Assembly (NCBI RefSeq): GCF_964355755.1
Contig: NC_092677.1
Location: 14,902,101-14,966,100, forward strand
DNA length: 64,000 bases
Direction: 5' to 3'
DNA from: Antedon mediterranea
Taxonomy: Eukaryota; Animalia; Echinodermata
Numbering within the stretch: the first letter of the stretch is position 1; each line of letters opens with the position of its first letter. Both the position numbers and the translations under genes were made by a program. This document shows, piece by piece, positions 1 through 13,301 of this stretch. The notes under the pieces are model-generated. The model ran no database searches, was not told the DNA's origin, and worked only from the letters and a program-made list of their open reading frames with translations.

Positions 1-3000
1 TTTCTTATTTTATTTAAAAAATCATGAGTCCTTAATTGCCTAAGTCACACAGCTGACTTAGGCAGAAACACAAAAAAACGATCTGAGCATGTGCAAATGT
101 ATATAAAAGCACTCAGATAATGTACAGAGGGCAGTATAATGATATAAGCAGTGAGTTAGGCAGATCATAAGTCAGCTCTCCTTAATTGCCTAAGTCACAC
201 AGCTGACTTAGGCAGAAACACAAAAAATATAGTATATTGATATAAGCAGTGAGTTAGGCAGATCATAAGTCAGCTCCCCTTAATTGCCTAAGTCACACAG
301 CTGACTTAGGCAGAAACACAACAAATATAGTATATTGATATAAGCAGTGAGTTAGGCAGATCATAAGTCAGCTCTTCTTAATTGCCTAAGTCACACAGCT
401 GACTTGGGCAGAAACACAAAAAATATAGTATATTGATATAAGCAGTGAGTTAGGCAGAAAAAAAAAATTATGTCTTAGACACTTTTGTTATGAGGCTGTC
501 GATATCATCTATATACAAAAAATGCTACCTTTAAGTAACAAAATGTAACAGCATCAGCTCTTCAGATTAAAATTAACACTGATGAATTTAGAAAAGGAAA
601 GTAGCAATAAAAGAGAAAGAATTTTTAACAAATGGGTTAAAAAATATACTATAAAAATGTATTTCTTATTTTATTTAAAAATCATGAGTCCTTAATTGCC
701 TAAGTCACACAGCTGACTTGGGCAGAAACACAAAAAACGATCTGAGCATGTGCAAATGTATATAAAAGCACTCAGATAATGTACAGAGGGCAGTATAATG
801 ATATAAGCAGTGAGTTAGGAGTAGATCATAAATCAGCTCCCCTTAATTGCCTAAGTCACACAGCTGACTTAGGCAGAAACACAAAAAATATAGTATATTG
901 ATATAAGCAGTGAGTTAGGCAGATCATAAGTCAGCTCTTCTTAAGTCACACAGCTGACTTGGGCAGAAACACAAAAAATATAGTATATTGATATAAGCAG
1001 TGAGTTAGGCAGAAAAACAAAAAAAAAATTATGTCTTAGACAATTTTGTTATGAGGCTGTCGATATCATCTATATACAAAAAATCCTACCTTTAAGTAAC
1101 AAAATTTAATAACATCAGCTCTTCAGATTAAAATTAACACTGATGAATTTAGAAAAGGATCGGAAAGTAGCAATAAAAGAGAAAAAATTGGTAACAAATG
1201 GATTAAAAAATATACTATAAAAATGTATTTCTTATTTTATTTAAAAAATCATGAGTCCTTAATTGCCTAAGTCACACAGCTGACTTAGGCAGAAACACAA
1301 AAAAACGATCTGAGCATGTGCACATGTATATAAACGCACTCAGATAATGTACAGAGGGCAGTATAATGATATAAGCAGTGAGTTAGGCAGATCATAAGTC
1401 AGCTCTCCTTAATTGCCTAAGTCACACAGCTGACTTAGGCAGAAACACAAAAAATATAGTATATTGATATAAGCAGTGAGTTAGGCAGATCATAAGTCAG
1501 CTCTCCTTAATTGCCTAAGTCACACAGCTGACTTGGGCAGAAACACAAAAAATATAGTATATTGATATAAGCAGTGAGTTAGGCAGATCATAAGTCCTCT
1601 CTCCTTAATTGCCTAAGTCACACAGCTGACTTGGGCAGAAACACAAAAAATATAGTATATTGATATAAGAAGTGAGTTAGGCAGAAAAACAAAAACAAAA
1701 TTATGTCTTAGACACCTTTGTTATGAGGCTGTCGATATCATCTATATACAAAAAATGCTACCTTTATTTAACAAAATTTAATAGCATCAGCTCTTCAGAT
1801 TAAAATTAACACTGATGAATTTAGAAAAGGAAAGTAGCAATAAAAGAGAAAGAATTTGTAAAAAATGGGTTAAAAAATATACTATAAAAATGTATTTCTT
1901 ATTTTATTTAAAAAATCATGAGTCTCCTCTCCTTAATTGCCTAAGTCACACAGCTGACTTAGGCAGAAACACAAAAAAACGATCTGAGCATGTGCAAATG
2001 TAAATAAAAGCACTCAGATAATGTACAGAGGGCAGTATAATGATATAAGCAGTGAGTTAGGCAGATCATAAAACAGCTCCCCTTAATTGCCTAAGTCACA
2101 CAGTTGACTTAGGCAGAAACACAAAAAATATAGTATATTGATATAAGCAGTGAGTTAGGCAGATCATAAGTCAGCTCCCCTTAATTGCCTAAGTCACACA
2201 GCTGACTTAGGCAGAAACACAAAAAATATAGTATATTGATATAAGCAGTGAGTTAGGCAGATCATAAGTCAGCTCTTCTTAATTGCCTAAGTCACACAGC
2301 TGACTTGGGCAGAAACACAAAAAATATAGTATATTGATATAAGCAGTGAGTTAGGCAGAAAAAAAAATTATGTCTTAGACACTTTTGTTATGAGGCTGTC
2401 GATATCATCTATATTATACAAAAAATGCTACATTTAAGTAACAAAATTTAATAGCATCAGCTCTTCAGATTAAAATTAACACTGATGAATTTAGAAAAGG
2501 AAAGTAGCAATAAAAGAGAAAGAATTTGTAACAAATGGGTTAAAAAATACACTATAAAAATGTATTTCTTATTTTATTTAAAAAATCATGAGTCTCCTCT
2601 CCTTAATTGCCTAAGTCACACAGCTGACTTAGGCAGAAAGTCACACAGCTGACTTAGGCAGAAACACAAAAAACGATCTGAGCATGTGCAAATGTATATA
2701 AAAGCACTCCGATAATGTACAAAAAATATAGTATATTGATATAAGCAGTGAGTTAGGCAGAAAAACAAAAAAAAATTATGTCTTAGACACTTTTGTTATG
2801 AGGCTGTCGATATCATCTATATACAAAAAATGCAACCTTTAAGTAACAAAATGTAACAGCATCAGCTCTTCAGATTAAAATTAACACTGATGAATTTAGA
2901 AAAGGAAAGTAGCAATAAAAGAGAAAGAATTTGTAACAAATGGGTTAAAAAATATATTATAAAAATGTATTTCTTATTTTATTTAAAAAATCATGAGTCC

Positions 3001-6000
3001 TTAATTGCCTAAGTCACACAGCTGACTTAGGCAGAAACACAAAAAACGATCTGAGCATGTGCAAATGTATATAAAAGCACTCAGATAATGTACAGAGGGC
3101 AGTATAATGATATAAGCAGTGAGTTAGGCAGATCATAAATCAGCTCCCCTTAATTGCCTAAGCCACACAGCTGACTTAGGCAGAAACACAAAAAATATAG
3201 TATATTGATATAAGCAGTGAGTTAGGCAGATCATAAGTCTGCTCTTCTTAATTGCCTAAGTCACACAGCTGACTTGGGCAGAAACACAAAATATATAGTA
3301 TATTGATATAAGCAGTGAGTTAGGCAGAAAAACAAACAAAAATTATGTCTTAGACAATTTTGTTATGAGGCTGTCGATATCATCTATATACAAAAAATCC
3401 TACTTTTAAGTAACACAATTTAATAGCATCAGCTCTTCAGATTAAAATTAACATTGATGAATTTAGAAAAGGATCGGAAAGTAGCAATAAAAGAGAAAAA
3501 ATTTGTAACAAATGGGTTAAAAACTATACTATAAAAATGTATTTCTTATTTTATTTAAAAAATCATGAGTCCTTAATTGCCTAAGTCACACAGCTGACTT
3601 AGGCAGAAACACAAAAAAACGATCTGAGCATGTGCAAATGTATATAAAAGCACTCAGATAATGTACAGAGGGCAGTTTAATGATATAAGCAGTGAGTTAG
3701 GCAGATCATAATGCAGCTCTCCTTAATTGCCTAAGTCACACAGCTGACTTAGGCAGAAACACAAAAAATATAGTATATTGATATAAGCAGTGAGTTAGGC
3801 AGATCATAAGTCAGCTCCCCTTAATTGCCTAAGTCACACAGCTGACTTGGGCAGAAACACAAAAAATATAGTATATTGATATAAGCAGTGAGTTAGGCAG
3901 AAAAAAAAAATTATGTCTTAGACACTTTTGTTATGAGGCTGTCGATATCATCTATATACAAAAAATGATACCTTTAAGTAACAAAATGTAACAGCATCAG
4001 CTCTTCAGATTAAAATTAACACTGATGAATTTAGAAAAGGAAAGTAGCAATAAAAGAGAAAGAATTTTTAACAAATGGGTTAAAAAATATACTATAAAAA
4101 TGTATTTCTTATTTTATTTAAAAATCATGAGTCCTTAATTGCCTAAGTCACACAGCTGACTTGGGCAGAAACACAAAAAACGATCTGAGCATGTGCAAAT
4201 GTATATAAAAGCACTCAGATAATGTACAGAGGGCAGTATAATGATATAAGCAGATGAGTGAGTTAGGAGTAGATCATAAATCAGCTCCCCTTAATTGCCT
4301 AAGTCACACAGCTGACTTAGGCAGAAACACAAAAAATATAGTATATTGATATAAGCAGTGAGTTAGGCAGATCATAAGTCAGCTCTTCTTAATTGCCTAA
4401 GTCACACAGCTGACTTGGGCAGAAACACAAAAAATATAGTATATTGATATAAGCAGTGAGTTAGGCAGAAAAACAAACAAAAAATTATGTCTTAGACAAT
4501 TTTGTTATGAGGCTGTCGATATCATCTATATACAAAAAATCCTACCTTTAAGTAACAAAATTTGATAACATCAGCTCTTCAGATTAAAATTAACACTGAT
4601 GAATTTAGAAAAGGATCGGAAAGTAGCAATAAAAGAGAAAAAATTTGTAACAAATGGATTAAAAAATATACTATAAAAATGTATTTCTTATTTTATTTAA
4701 AAAATCATGAGTCCTTAATTGCGTAAGTCACACAGCTGACTTAGGCAGAAACACAAAAAAACGATCTGAGCATGTGCACATGTATATAAACGCACTCAGA
4801 TAATGTACAGAGGGCAGTATAATGATATAAGCAGTGAGTTAGGCAGATCATAAGTCAGCTCTCCTTAATTGCCTAAGTCACACAGCTGACTTAGGCAGAA
4901 ACACAAAAAATATAGTATATTGATATAAGCAGTGAGTTAGGCAGATCATAAGTCAGCTCTCCTTAATTGCCTAAGTCACACAGCTGACTTGGGCAGAAAC
5001 ACAAAAAATATAGTATATTGATATAAGCAGTGAGTTAGGCAGATCATAAGTCAGCTCTCCTTAATTGCCTAAGTCACACAGCTGACTTGGGCAGAAACAC
5101 AAAAAATATAGTATATTGATATAAGAAGTGAGTTAGGCAGAAAAACAAAAACAAAATTATGTCTTAGACACCTTTGTTATGAGGCTGTCGATATCATCTA
5201 TATACAAAAAATGCTACCTTTATTTAACAAAATTTAATAGCATCAGCTCTTCAGATTAAAATTAACACTGATGAATTCAGAAAAGGAAAGTAGCAATAAA
5301 AGAGAAAGAATTTGTAAAAAATGGGTTAAAAAATATACTATAAAAATGTATTTATTATTTATTTAAAAAATCATGAGTCTCCTCTCCTTAATTTTCTAAG
5401 TCACACAGCTGACTTAGGCAGAAACACAAAAAACGATCTGAGCATGTGCAAATGTATATAAAAGTACTCAGATAATGTACAGAGGGCAGTATAATGATAT
5501 AAGCAGATGAGTGAGTTAGGAGTAGATCATAAATCAGCTCCCCTTAATTGCCTAAGTCACACAGCTGACTTAGGCAGAAACACAAAAAATATAGTATATT
5601 GATATAAGCAGTGAGTTAGGCAGATCATAAGTCAGCTCTTCTTAATTGCCTAAGTCACACAGCTGACTTGGGCAGAAACACAAAAAATATAGTATATTGA
5701 TATAAGCAGTGAGTTAGGCAGAAAAACAAACAAAAAATTATGTCTTAGACAATTTTGTTATGAGGCTGTCGATATCATCTATATACAAAAAATCCTACCT
5801 TTAAGTAACAAAATTTAATAACATCAGCTCTTCAGATTAAAATTAACACTGATGAATTTAGAAAAGGATCGGAAAGTAGCAATAAAAAAGAAAAAATTTG
5901 TAACAAATGGATTAAAAAATATACTATAAAAATGTATTTCTTATTTTATTTAAAAAATCATGAGTCCTTAATTGCGTAAGTCACACAGCTGACTTAGGCA

Positions 6001-8543
6001 GAAACACAAAAAAACGATCTGAGCATGAACACATGTATATAAACGCACTCAGATAATGTACAGAGGGCAGTATAATGATATAAGCAGTGAGTTAGGCAGA
6101 TCATAAGTCAGCTCTCCTTAATTGCCTAAGTCACACAGCTGACTTAGGCAGAAACACAAAAAATATAGTATATTGATATAAGCAGTGAGTTAGGCAGATC
6201 ATAAGTCAGCTCTCCTTAATTGCCTAAGTCACACAGCTGACTTGGGCAGAAACACAAAAAATATAGTATATTGATATAAGCAGTGAGTTAGGCAGATCAT
6301 AAGTCAGCTCTCCTTAATTGCCTAAGTCACACAGCTGACTTGGGCAGAAACACAAAAAATATAGTATATTGATATAAGAAGTGAGTTAGGCAGAAAAACA
6401 AAAACAAAATTATGTCTTAGACACCTTTGTTATGAGGCTGTCGATATCATCTATATACAAAAAATGCTACCTTTATTTAACAAAATTTAATAGCATCAGC
6501 TCTTCAGATTAAAATTAACACTGATGAATTCAGAAAAGGAAAGTAGCAATAAAAGAGAAAGAATTTGTAAAAAATGGGTTAAAAAATATACTATAAAAAT
6601 GTATTTATTATTTATTTAAAAAATCATGAGTCTCCTCTCCTTAATTTTCTAAGTCACACAGCTGACTTAGGCAGAAACACAAAAAACGATCTGAGCATGT
6701 GCAAATGTATATAAAAGTACTCAGATAATGTACAGAGGGCAGTATAATGATATAAGCAGTGAGTTAGGCAGATCATAAGTCAGCTCCCCTTAATTGCCTA
6801 AGTCACACAGCTGACTTAGGCAGAAACACAAAAAATATAGTATATTGATATAAGCAGTGAGTTAGGCAGATTATAAGTCAGCTCTTCTTAATTGCCTAAG
6901 TCACACAGCTGACTTGGGCAGAAACACAAAAAATATAGTATATTGATATAAGCAGTGAGTTAGGCAGAAAAAAAAAATTATGTCTTAGACACTTTTGTTA
7001 TGAGGCTGTCGATATCATCTATATACAAAAAATGCTACCTTTAAGTAACAAAATGTAACAGCATCAGCTCTTCAGATTAAAATTAACACTGATGAATTTA
7101 GAAAAGGAAAGTAGCAATAGAAGAGAAAGAATTTTTAACAAATGGGTTAAAAAATATACTATAAAAATGTATTTCTTATTTTATTAAAAAAATCATGAGT
7201 CCTTAATTGCCTAAGTCACACAGCTGACTTGGGCAGAAACACAAAAAACGATCTGAGCATGTGCAAATGTATATAAAAGCACTCAGATAATGTACAGAGG
7301 GCAGTATAATGATATAAGCAGTGAGTTAGGAGTAGATCATAAATCAGCTCCCCTTAATTGCCTAAGTCACACAGCTGACTTAGGCAGAATATTGATATAA
7401 GCAGTGAGTTAGGCAGATCATAAGTCAGCTCTTCTTAATTGCCTAAGTCACACAGCTGACTTGGGCAGAAACACAAAAAATATAGTATATTGATATAAGC
7501 AGTGAGTTAGGCAGATCATAAGTCAGCTCTCCTTAATTGCCTAAGTCACACAGCTGACTTGGGCAGAAACACAAAAAAATATAGTATATTGATATAAGCA
7601 GTGAGTTAGGCAGAAAAAAAAAAAAAAAATTATGTCTTAGACAATTTTGTTATGAGGCTGTCGATATCATCTATATACAAAAAATCCTACCTTTAAGTAA
7701 CAAAATTTAATAACATCAGCTCTTCAGATTAAAATTAACACTGATGAATTTAGAAAAGGATCGGAAAGTAGCAATAAAAGAGAAAGAATTTGTAACAAAT
7801 GGGTAAAAAAATATACTATAAAAATATATTTCTTATTTTATTTAAAAAATCATGAGTCCTTATTTGCCTAAGTCACACGGCTGACTTAGGCAGAAACACA
7901 AAAAAAACCGATCTGAGCATGTGCAAATGTATATAAAAGCACTCAGATAATGTAAAGAGGGCAGTATAATGATATAAGCAGTGAGTTAGGCAGATCATAA
8001 GTCAGCTCTCCTTAATTGCCTAAGTCACACAGCTGACTTAGGCAGAAACACAAAAAAACGATCTGAGCATGTGCAAATGTATATTAACGCACTCAGATAA
8101 TGTACAGAGGGCAGTATAATGATATAAGCAGTGAGTTAGGCAGATCATAAGTCAGCTCTCCTTAATTGCCTAAGTCAAACAGCTGACTTGGGCAGAAACA
8201 CAAAAAATATAGTATATTGATATAAGCAGTGAGTTAGGCAGATCATAAGTCAGCTCTCCTTAATTGCCTAAGTCACACAGCTGACTTAGGCAGAAACACA
8301 AAAAACGATCTGAGCATGTGCAAATGTATATAAAAGCACTCAGATAATGTACAGAGGGCAGTATAATGATATAAGAAGTGAGTTAGGCAGATCATAAGTC
8401 AGCTCTCCTTAATTGCCTAAGTCACACAGCTGACTTAGGCAGAAACACAAAAAACGATCTGAGCATGTGCAAATGTATATAAAAGCACTCATATAATGTA
8501 CAGAGGGCAGTATAATGATATAAGCAGTGAGTTAGGCAGATCA
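1..8543. repeat. Satellite DNA array, block 1 (continues off the left edge)
   Basis: Tandem monomers of ~470-670 bp: ~240-bp core (ttatgtcttagac...aatcatgagtc) + 150-bp subunit A (period 31->181) + 1-3 copies of 98-bp subunit B (181->279->377). Each subunit starts with the perfect hairpin TGCCTAAGTCA-cacagc-TGACTTAGGCA. Confidence 0.97.
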
Positions 8544-10486
8544 GATTCCTGGCAAAACTAAAAGCATGAATATAACAAGTATTAAAACCACAAATGATGA
8601 AGAAAATGATGAAGTAACTAATTCTAAAGATATTGCAAATGTATTAAATAAGTATTTTGCCAATGGGGGTCAAACATTAGTTCAAAGTATTCAATCTACT
8701 AATCAACTCTCTAACTTTAATAATGATATAAATAATACTAACGACAAATTAACTTTTAAATATGTTAATAAACAAGACATACATAAACTTCTTAACTCAC
8801 TTTCATAAAAAAAAACAACTGGAACTGATGAAATACCAGAAAAAAATCGCTATCGATGAAATTGTTTATCCAATAACATATATAATTAATTTATCTTTAA
8901 ACAATTTTACTTTTCCAAAGCAATGGAAAAGGGCCAACATCTGCCCTCTTCATAAAGGTGGAAATAAAAACGAATGTAATAACTATAGGCCAATTTCAAT
9001 TCTCCCAATATTATCAAAAGTTCTTGAAAAAGTTGTATTTGAACAAGTCTATGATTTCCTAAATCTAAACAAAATGCTATATGAAAATCAGTCTGGGTTT
9101 AGATCAGGCTACTCAACTACGACTGCATTGCTTAATATCACAGAGACCTGGCTAGAAGCCATTGAGACAGGAAATTATATTGGGCTAGTAATGATAGACT
9201 TGAAAAAGGCTTTCGATACAGTAAATCACCGTATTCTCATCAATAAACTAAGATCTTTCAATTTTTATTCAAATGTTATGAAGTGGTTTGAAAACTACCT
9301 GCATAATCGTGTACATATAACCAATGTAAATGGTGATTTTTCTGATGCAAGTCACAGTATATGTAGAATTCCTCAGGGGTCCATCCTAGGACCATTAATG
9401 TTTCTCCTTTATGTTAATGACTTGCCTAATGCTGTAAATAAATGCTCTGTTTCCATGTATGCTGATGACACTGCCATATACTACACTTCCAATAATATTA
9501 ATAACCTTACTGAAACAATAAATTCTGACTTATTGTGTCTTAAAAGATGGCTCATATGCAACAGACTTAGCCTAAATGTTAAAAAAAACTGAATTTATGT
9601 TAATTGGAACGAGGCAGAGGTTAAATAAGCTGTCTGACTTACAAGTCAACATTAACATGGATGGAGAAACAATCTCTCGTGTAAATAAATGTAAACACCT
9701 TGGTGTGATATTAGATAGTAATCTTTCTTGGTGCTCACAAATCGATAATGTTAAAATCTAAGGCTTTGCAGAGCTTGTACTACTTAAAAAAGACTAATAA
9801 TATATTTCCAAAAGAAATTCAATGCAAACTATACAAATCACTTATGGCTTCTCATCTTGAGTATTGCCATGTTGTTTGGGGACGTTCAAATATAACTCAA
9901 AGTAAAACACTACAAGTTCTTCAAAATCGCGCAGCAAAAGTTATTACAAACAAATCTCAAACCGACTCTAGTACTCAAGCTCTACAAAGTTTAAATTGGA
10001 TGAACTTAGATGAAAGATTATATATAAATGAAGCTATTGCTATGTTTAAGATTATGAACAACCTTGCACCTCCATATTTAATAAATAAGTTCAATATCAA
10101 AAACAATTACTATAATATTAGAACTAAGCCAAATTTAATAGTACCAAAACCAAAAACAGACTACAAAAAACGTAGCTTATCATAATAGAGGTGCCAAGGT
10201 TTGGAATGAGCTAAATGAAGATATTAAAAATGTGAACACTGTCTCTCTTTTTAAGAAACTGTTAACTGCTAATTTCATGTAGCTTTATTTAAATGTAGTG
10301 TATTATTTAATTTTATAGTTAGTAAGTGTATCCTTATTTCATTTTATTTCATTGTAATTGTTTTATTACCTGTTTTGATAGTAATTAAGGTCTTTTTACA
10401 TTTATTTTTGTTGGTGTTTTCCTTTAAACACGGTCTTACTGAAAAACAACTTTCAGTTGAGTTAAGTATCCGTGATTAAATAAAGC

Positions 10487-10522
<36 letters not shown>
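8544..10522 (+). mobile_element. 5'-truncated, frameshifted non-LTR retrotransposon (CR1 group: L2/Crack/Daphne-like), copy 1
   Basis: RT motifs NYRPISIL, DLKKAFDTV, PQGSILGP and YADDT spread over broken ORFs 8566-10185; 3'UTR ends ...attaaataaagc(TTA)n at 10487-10522; 5' junction ggcagatca|gattcctgg lies inside a satellite subunit. Confidence 0.93.
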
Positions 10523-11349
10523 GTGTTATTATTATGTCGCTAATAGTGGATTAAGGGGAAAATGCGTGGTAAAAAACATGGCCTTAAGTATGCAGTATAT
10601 CCATGTATATGGTCTTGTTCTAAGAATACTTACTCTTTGGGAGCGTGGAGCGTAAACAATAAGAATAATAAACACGAATGTTATGTGTAACAACCTCATT
10701 TATTCCATGGGCTGGGAGAGGGTTACAAATCAATACGCTTCTATGAATGGATGTTTTTTTAGTGCAGGAACGCTAGTTGATGATACCCATATACCGTTTT
10801 GATTTTATGTTCAAAGTTCAAATATGCATAGAAACAGTTGCTCTTTATTCCAGACGGAGCAATACATGCAATAAACTTACTGAAATCAGATGATTGCTAG
10901 TAAGTCCCGATCCTTTTTCCAATAACCCAAGAATCAAACATCTAATTAGTACGATCTTGGTATGGGTGTGTAGCATATTATGTAGAATATTAATAAAATT
11001 AATCGAACAATTACTAAGGTCAGTAGAGGTCAAAAGGTCACTGACCTTTTGCAAAAATGTAATTTTTTGGCAAAATAAGATATATTTCAAAATCAGATCT
11101 CCATTTTTTGATATTTTTTTATTTGAATTGTATTTTACTTGTGCTTACTAACATATTTAATAGGAAAATGTGTGTTAAGATAAAAAGTAAAGGTATGTTA
11201 TTGTCACACACACACACACACAAAACAGTATACAGAAAAGGCACACAATCCTCCAAGCAGAAACGGAAGATACTGTACAGTCATACACTTTTGCTGAACA
11301 TTTAACAGTATTAACCTATAGATTAGAAGGACTTTATTATCTCTTATAC

Positions 11350-11701
11350 CTTGTAAGGTTAATGTGAGATTGATAGAAACTTGGCCTGCGATATTTGATG
11401 CTAAACAAATATATGTTCCTTGATCTTCTTGTCGAAGGCTGTTAAATCTAAGAACATCCCCAATAATCTGAATAAAAAACAGAAATAGTTTTTACGGTAC
11501 TGCTTAAAATTATTGGGCGATTAAAATTTGTCTTTATTTCACTTACTTCAGCTGATATGGGTTGTGTCCCTTCAGCAAAACTCCATTCTACTTCCGGTGA
11601 AGGATCACCGGCAGTTACGCGACACTGGAATCGGGCACTTTCACCAACTGCATAGACGGGTTGTTTTTCGGGATAAATTTCAATTTGTGGAATTGAACGC
11701 C
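11350..11701 (-). pseudogene. Orphan two-exon Ig I-set domain fragment (hemicentin/perlecan-like)
   Basis: Exon 11701-11547 (tag|GG...GAA|gtaag) gives RSIPQIEIYPEKQPVYAVGESARFQCRVTAGDPSPEVEWSFAEGTQPISAE; exon 11467-11350 (cag|ATT...G|gtat) gives IIGDVLRFNSLRQEDQGTYICLASNIAGQVSINLTLTLQ. Together they form a phase 1-0-1 Ig domain with C..W..DxGxYxC. No further exons of the gene were found. Confidence 0.85.
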
Positions 11702-11719
11702 CTACAAATACAGTGGTTA

Positions 11720-11827
11720 AAAAAAAATATAGTATATTGATATAAGCAGTGAGTTAGGCAGAAAAACAAAAACAAAATTATGTCTTAGACACCTTTGTTA
11801 TGAGGCTGTCGATATCATCTATATACA
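11720..11827. repeat. Satellite fragment between the orphan Ig segment and a HINE
   Basis: aaaaatatagtatattgatataagc...gatatcatctatatac matches the satellite subunit B/core junction. Confidence 0.92.
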
Positions 11828-11968
11828 AACAAGGCCAACAGCCATAAGTCGCGTGCTAAAACGCATAGTGATACCGGACCAACAGACAGACCGACAGGCA
11901 GACAGACCAACAGACAGACCGACCGACCGACATAGTAAACTATAGAGTCGCGTCCACGCGACTAAAAA
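11828..11968 (-). mobile_element. Short non-autonomous Helentron-associated element (HINE/DINE-1-like)
   Basis: On the - strand: TTTTTAGTCGCGTGGACGCGACT 5' hairpin/subTIR, (GTCT/GTCG)n microsatellite, CACGCGACTT subTIR partner, GGCTGTTGGCC stem-loop, end CTTGTT. Sits in a T-run with no clear TSD. Confidence 0.82.
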
Positions 11969-12339
11969 TTGTAAATAACATTCACTTGCATATTATGAAA
12001 ATATGAAATATGAAATGATGTAGCATGCTGCCAATCTATAGATTAGATTAACTTTTAGGCCTTTCTTTTTGTTATTTTTGTATGTGTTTTTATATTTATA
12101 TCTATATTTTCATCCTGTAATTGGTGTATACTGTTGGATGTGAAAGAATAAAATACAAAATACAAAATATATTGCAGGCCCATAGTAGGCAGGCGGATGG
12201 GGATTATGGTTTGAATAAACCCCTTTGTCTGCAAACCCTCATTTCCCAGCAAGCCCTTTTGATTTATGAGGATAAGAAACATCAAATCATGTCAGGACAA
12301 GATGTCTTTAGATAGGGGTGTGACCAGGGAACATAGATA

Positions 12340-12484
12340 TAAAGCTCTGTCTACACTATCAAACTTTATGATATGTGCCCATATATGGACATGATGACAT
12401 ACCATAAATTGGGCATATCATTACCATATTTGGGCACATGACACCATTTTTGTCAAACTAGTTTGATGTGTAGAGAGAGCTTTA
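12340..12484. mobile_element. MITE with ~25-bp TIRs
   Basis: taaagctctgtctacactatcaaact ... agtttgatgtgtagagagagcttta; a related partial copy lies at ~48050-48192. Confidence 0.75.
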
Positions 12485-12515
12485 TAGTAGTTTTACTCTT
12501 TCATTTTCTCAGTCT

Positions 12516-13301
12516 TGGACTACCTAAGGCATGTGGTGCACCATAACCTTGTGTTGCTCTCTTGGCCTACCTAAGGCATGTGGTGCATCATAACCTTGTG
12601 TTGCTCCTTGGACTACCTAAGGCATGTGGTGCACCATAACCTTGTGTTGCTCCTTGGACTACCTAAGGCATGTGGTGCACCATAACCTTGTGTTGCTCCT
12701 TGGACTACCTAAGGCATGTGGTGCACCATAACCTTGTGTTGCTCCTTGGACTACCTAAGGCATGTGGTGCACCATAACCTTGTGTTGCTCCTTGGACTAC
12801 CTAAGGCATGTGGTGCACCATAACCTTGTGTTGCTCCTTGGACTACCTAAGGCATGTGGTGCACCATAACCTTGTGTTGCTCCTTGGACTACCTAAGGCA
12901 TGTGGTGCACCATAACCTTGTGTTGCTCTCTTGGACTACCTAAGGCATGTGGTGCACCATAACCTTGTGTTGCTCCTTGGACTACCTAAGGCATGTGGTG
13001 CACCATAACCTTGTGTTGCTCCTTGGACTACCTAAGGCATGTGGTGCACCATAACCTTGTGTTGCTCTCTTGGACTACCTAAGGCATGTGGTGCACCATA
13101 ACCTTGTGTTGCTCCTTGGACTACCTAAGGCATGTGGTGCACCATAACCTTGTTTTGCTCTCTTGGACTACCTAAGGCATGTGGTGCACCATAACCTTGT
13201 GTTGCTCTCTTGGACTACCTAAGGCATGTGGTGCACCATAACCTTGTGTTGCTCCTTGGACTACCTAAGGCATGTGGTGCACCATAACCTTGTGTTGCTC
13301 C
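12516..13301. repeat. 46/47-bp minisatellite, 17 copies
   Basis: Unit ttggactacctaaggcatgtggtgcaccataaccttgtgttgctcc, near-identical copies. Confidence 0.97.

Noticed and set aside
575-640. Hammerhead ribozyme in the satellite core (CTGATGA...GAAA)
   Set aside because: The core words are present, but I could not form stems I-III or place a cleavage triplet by eye; an Infernal search with hammerhead models would settle it.
1815-2003. Satellite-encoded peptides (also 29220-29411)
   Set aside because: Open only in occasional monomers through indels; most monomers have stops or frameshifts.
8566-10185. Functional RT system (retron/DGR-like) paired with the hairpin repeats
   Set aside because: The RT is an ordinary CR1-group LINE ORF2, 5'-truncated, with a stop, frameshifts and a LINE-type tail.
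10523-11719. LINE 3' transduction as the origin of the Ig fragment
   Set aside because: The duplicate of the same insertion (copy 2) goes directly from its tail into the satellite at the insertion point, so the fragment was more likely added later; not fully excluded.
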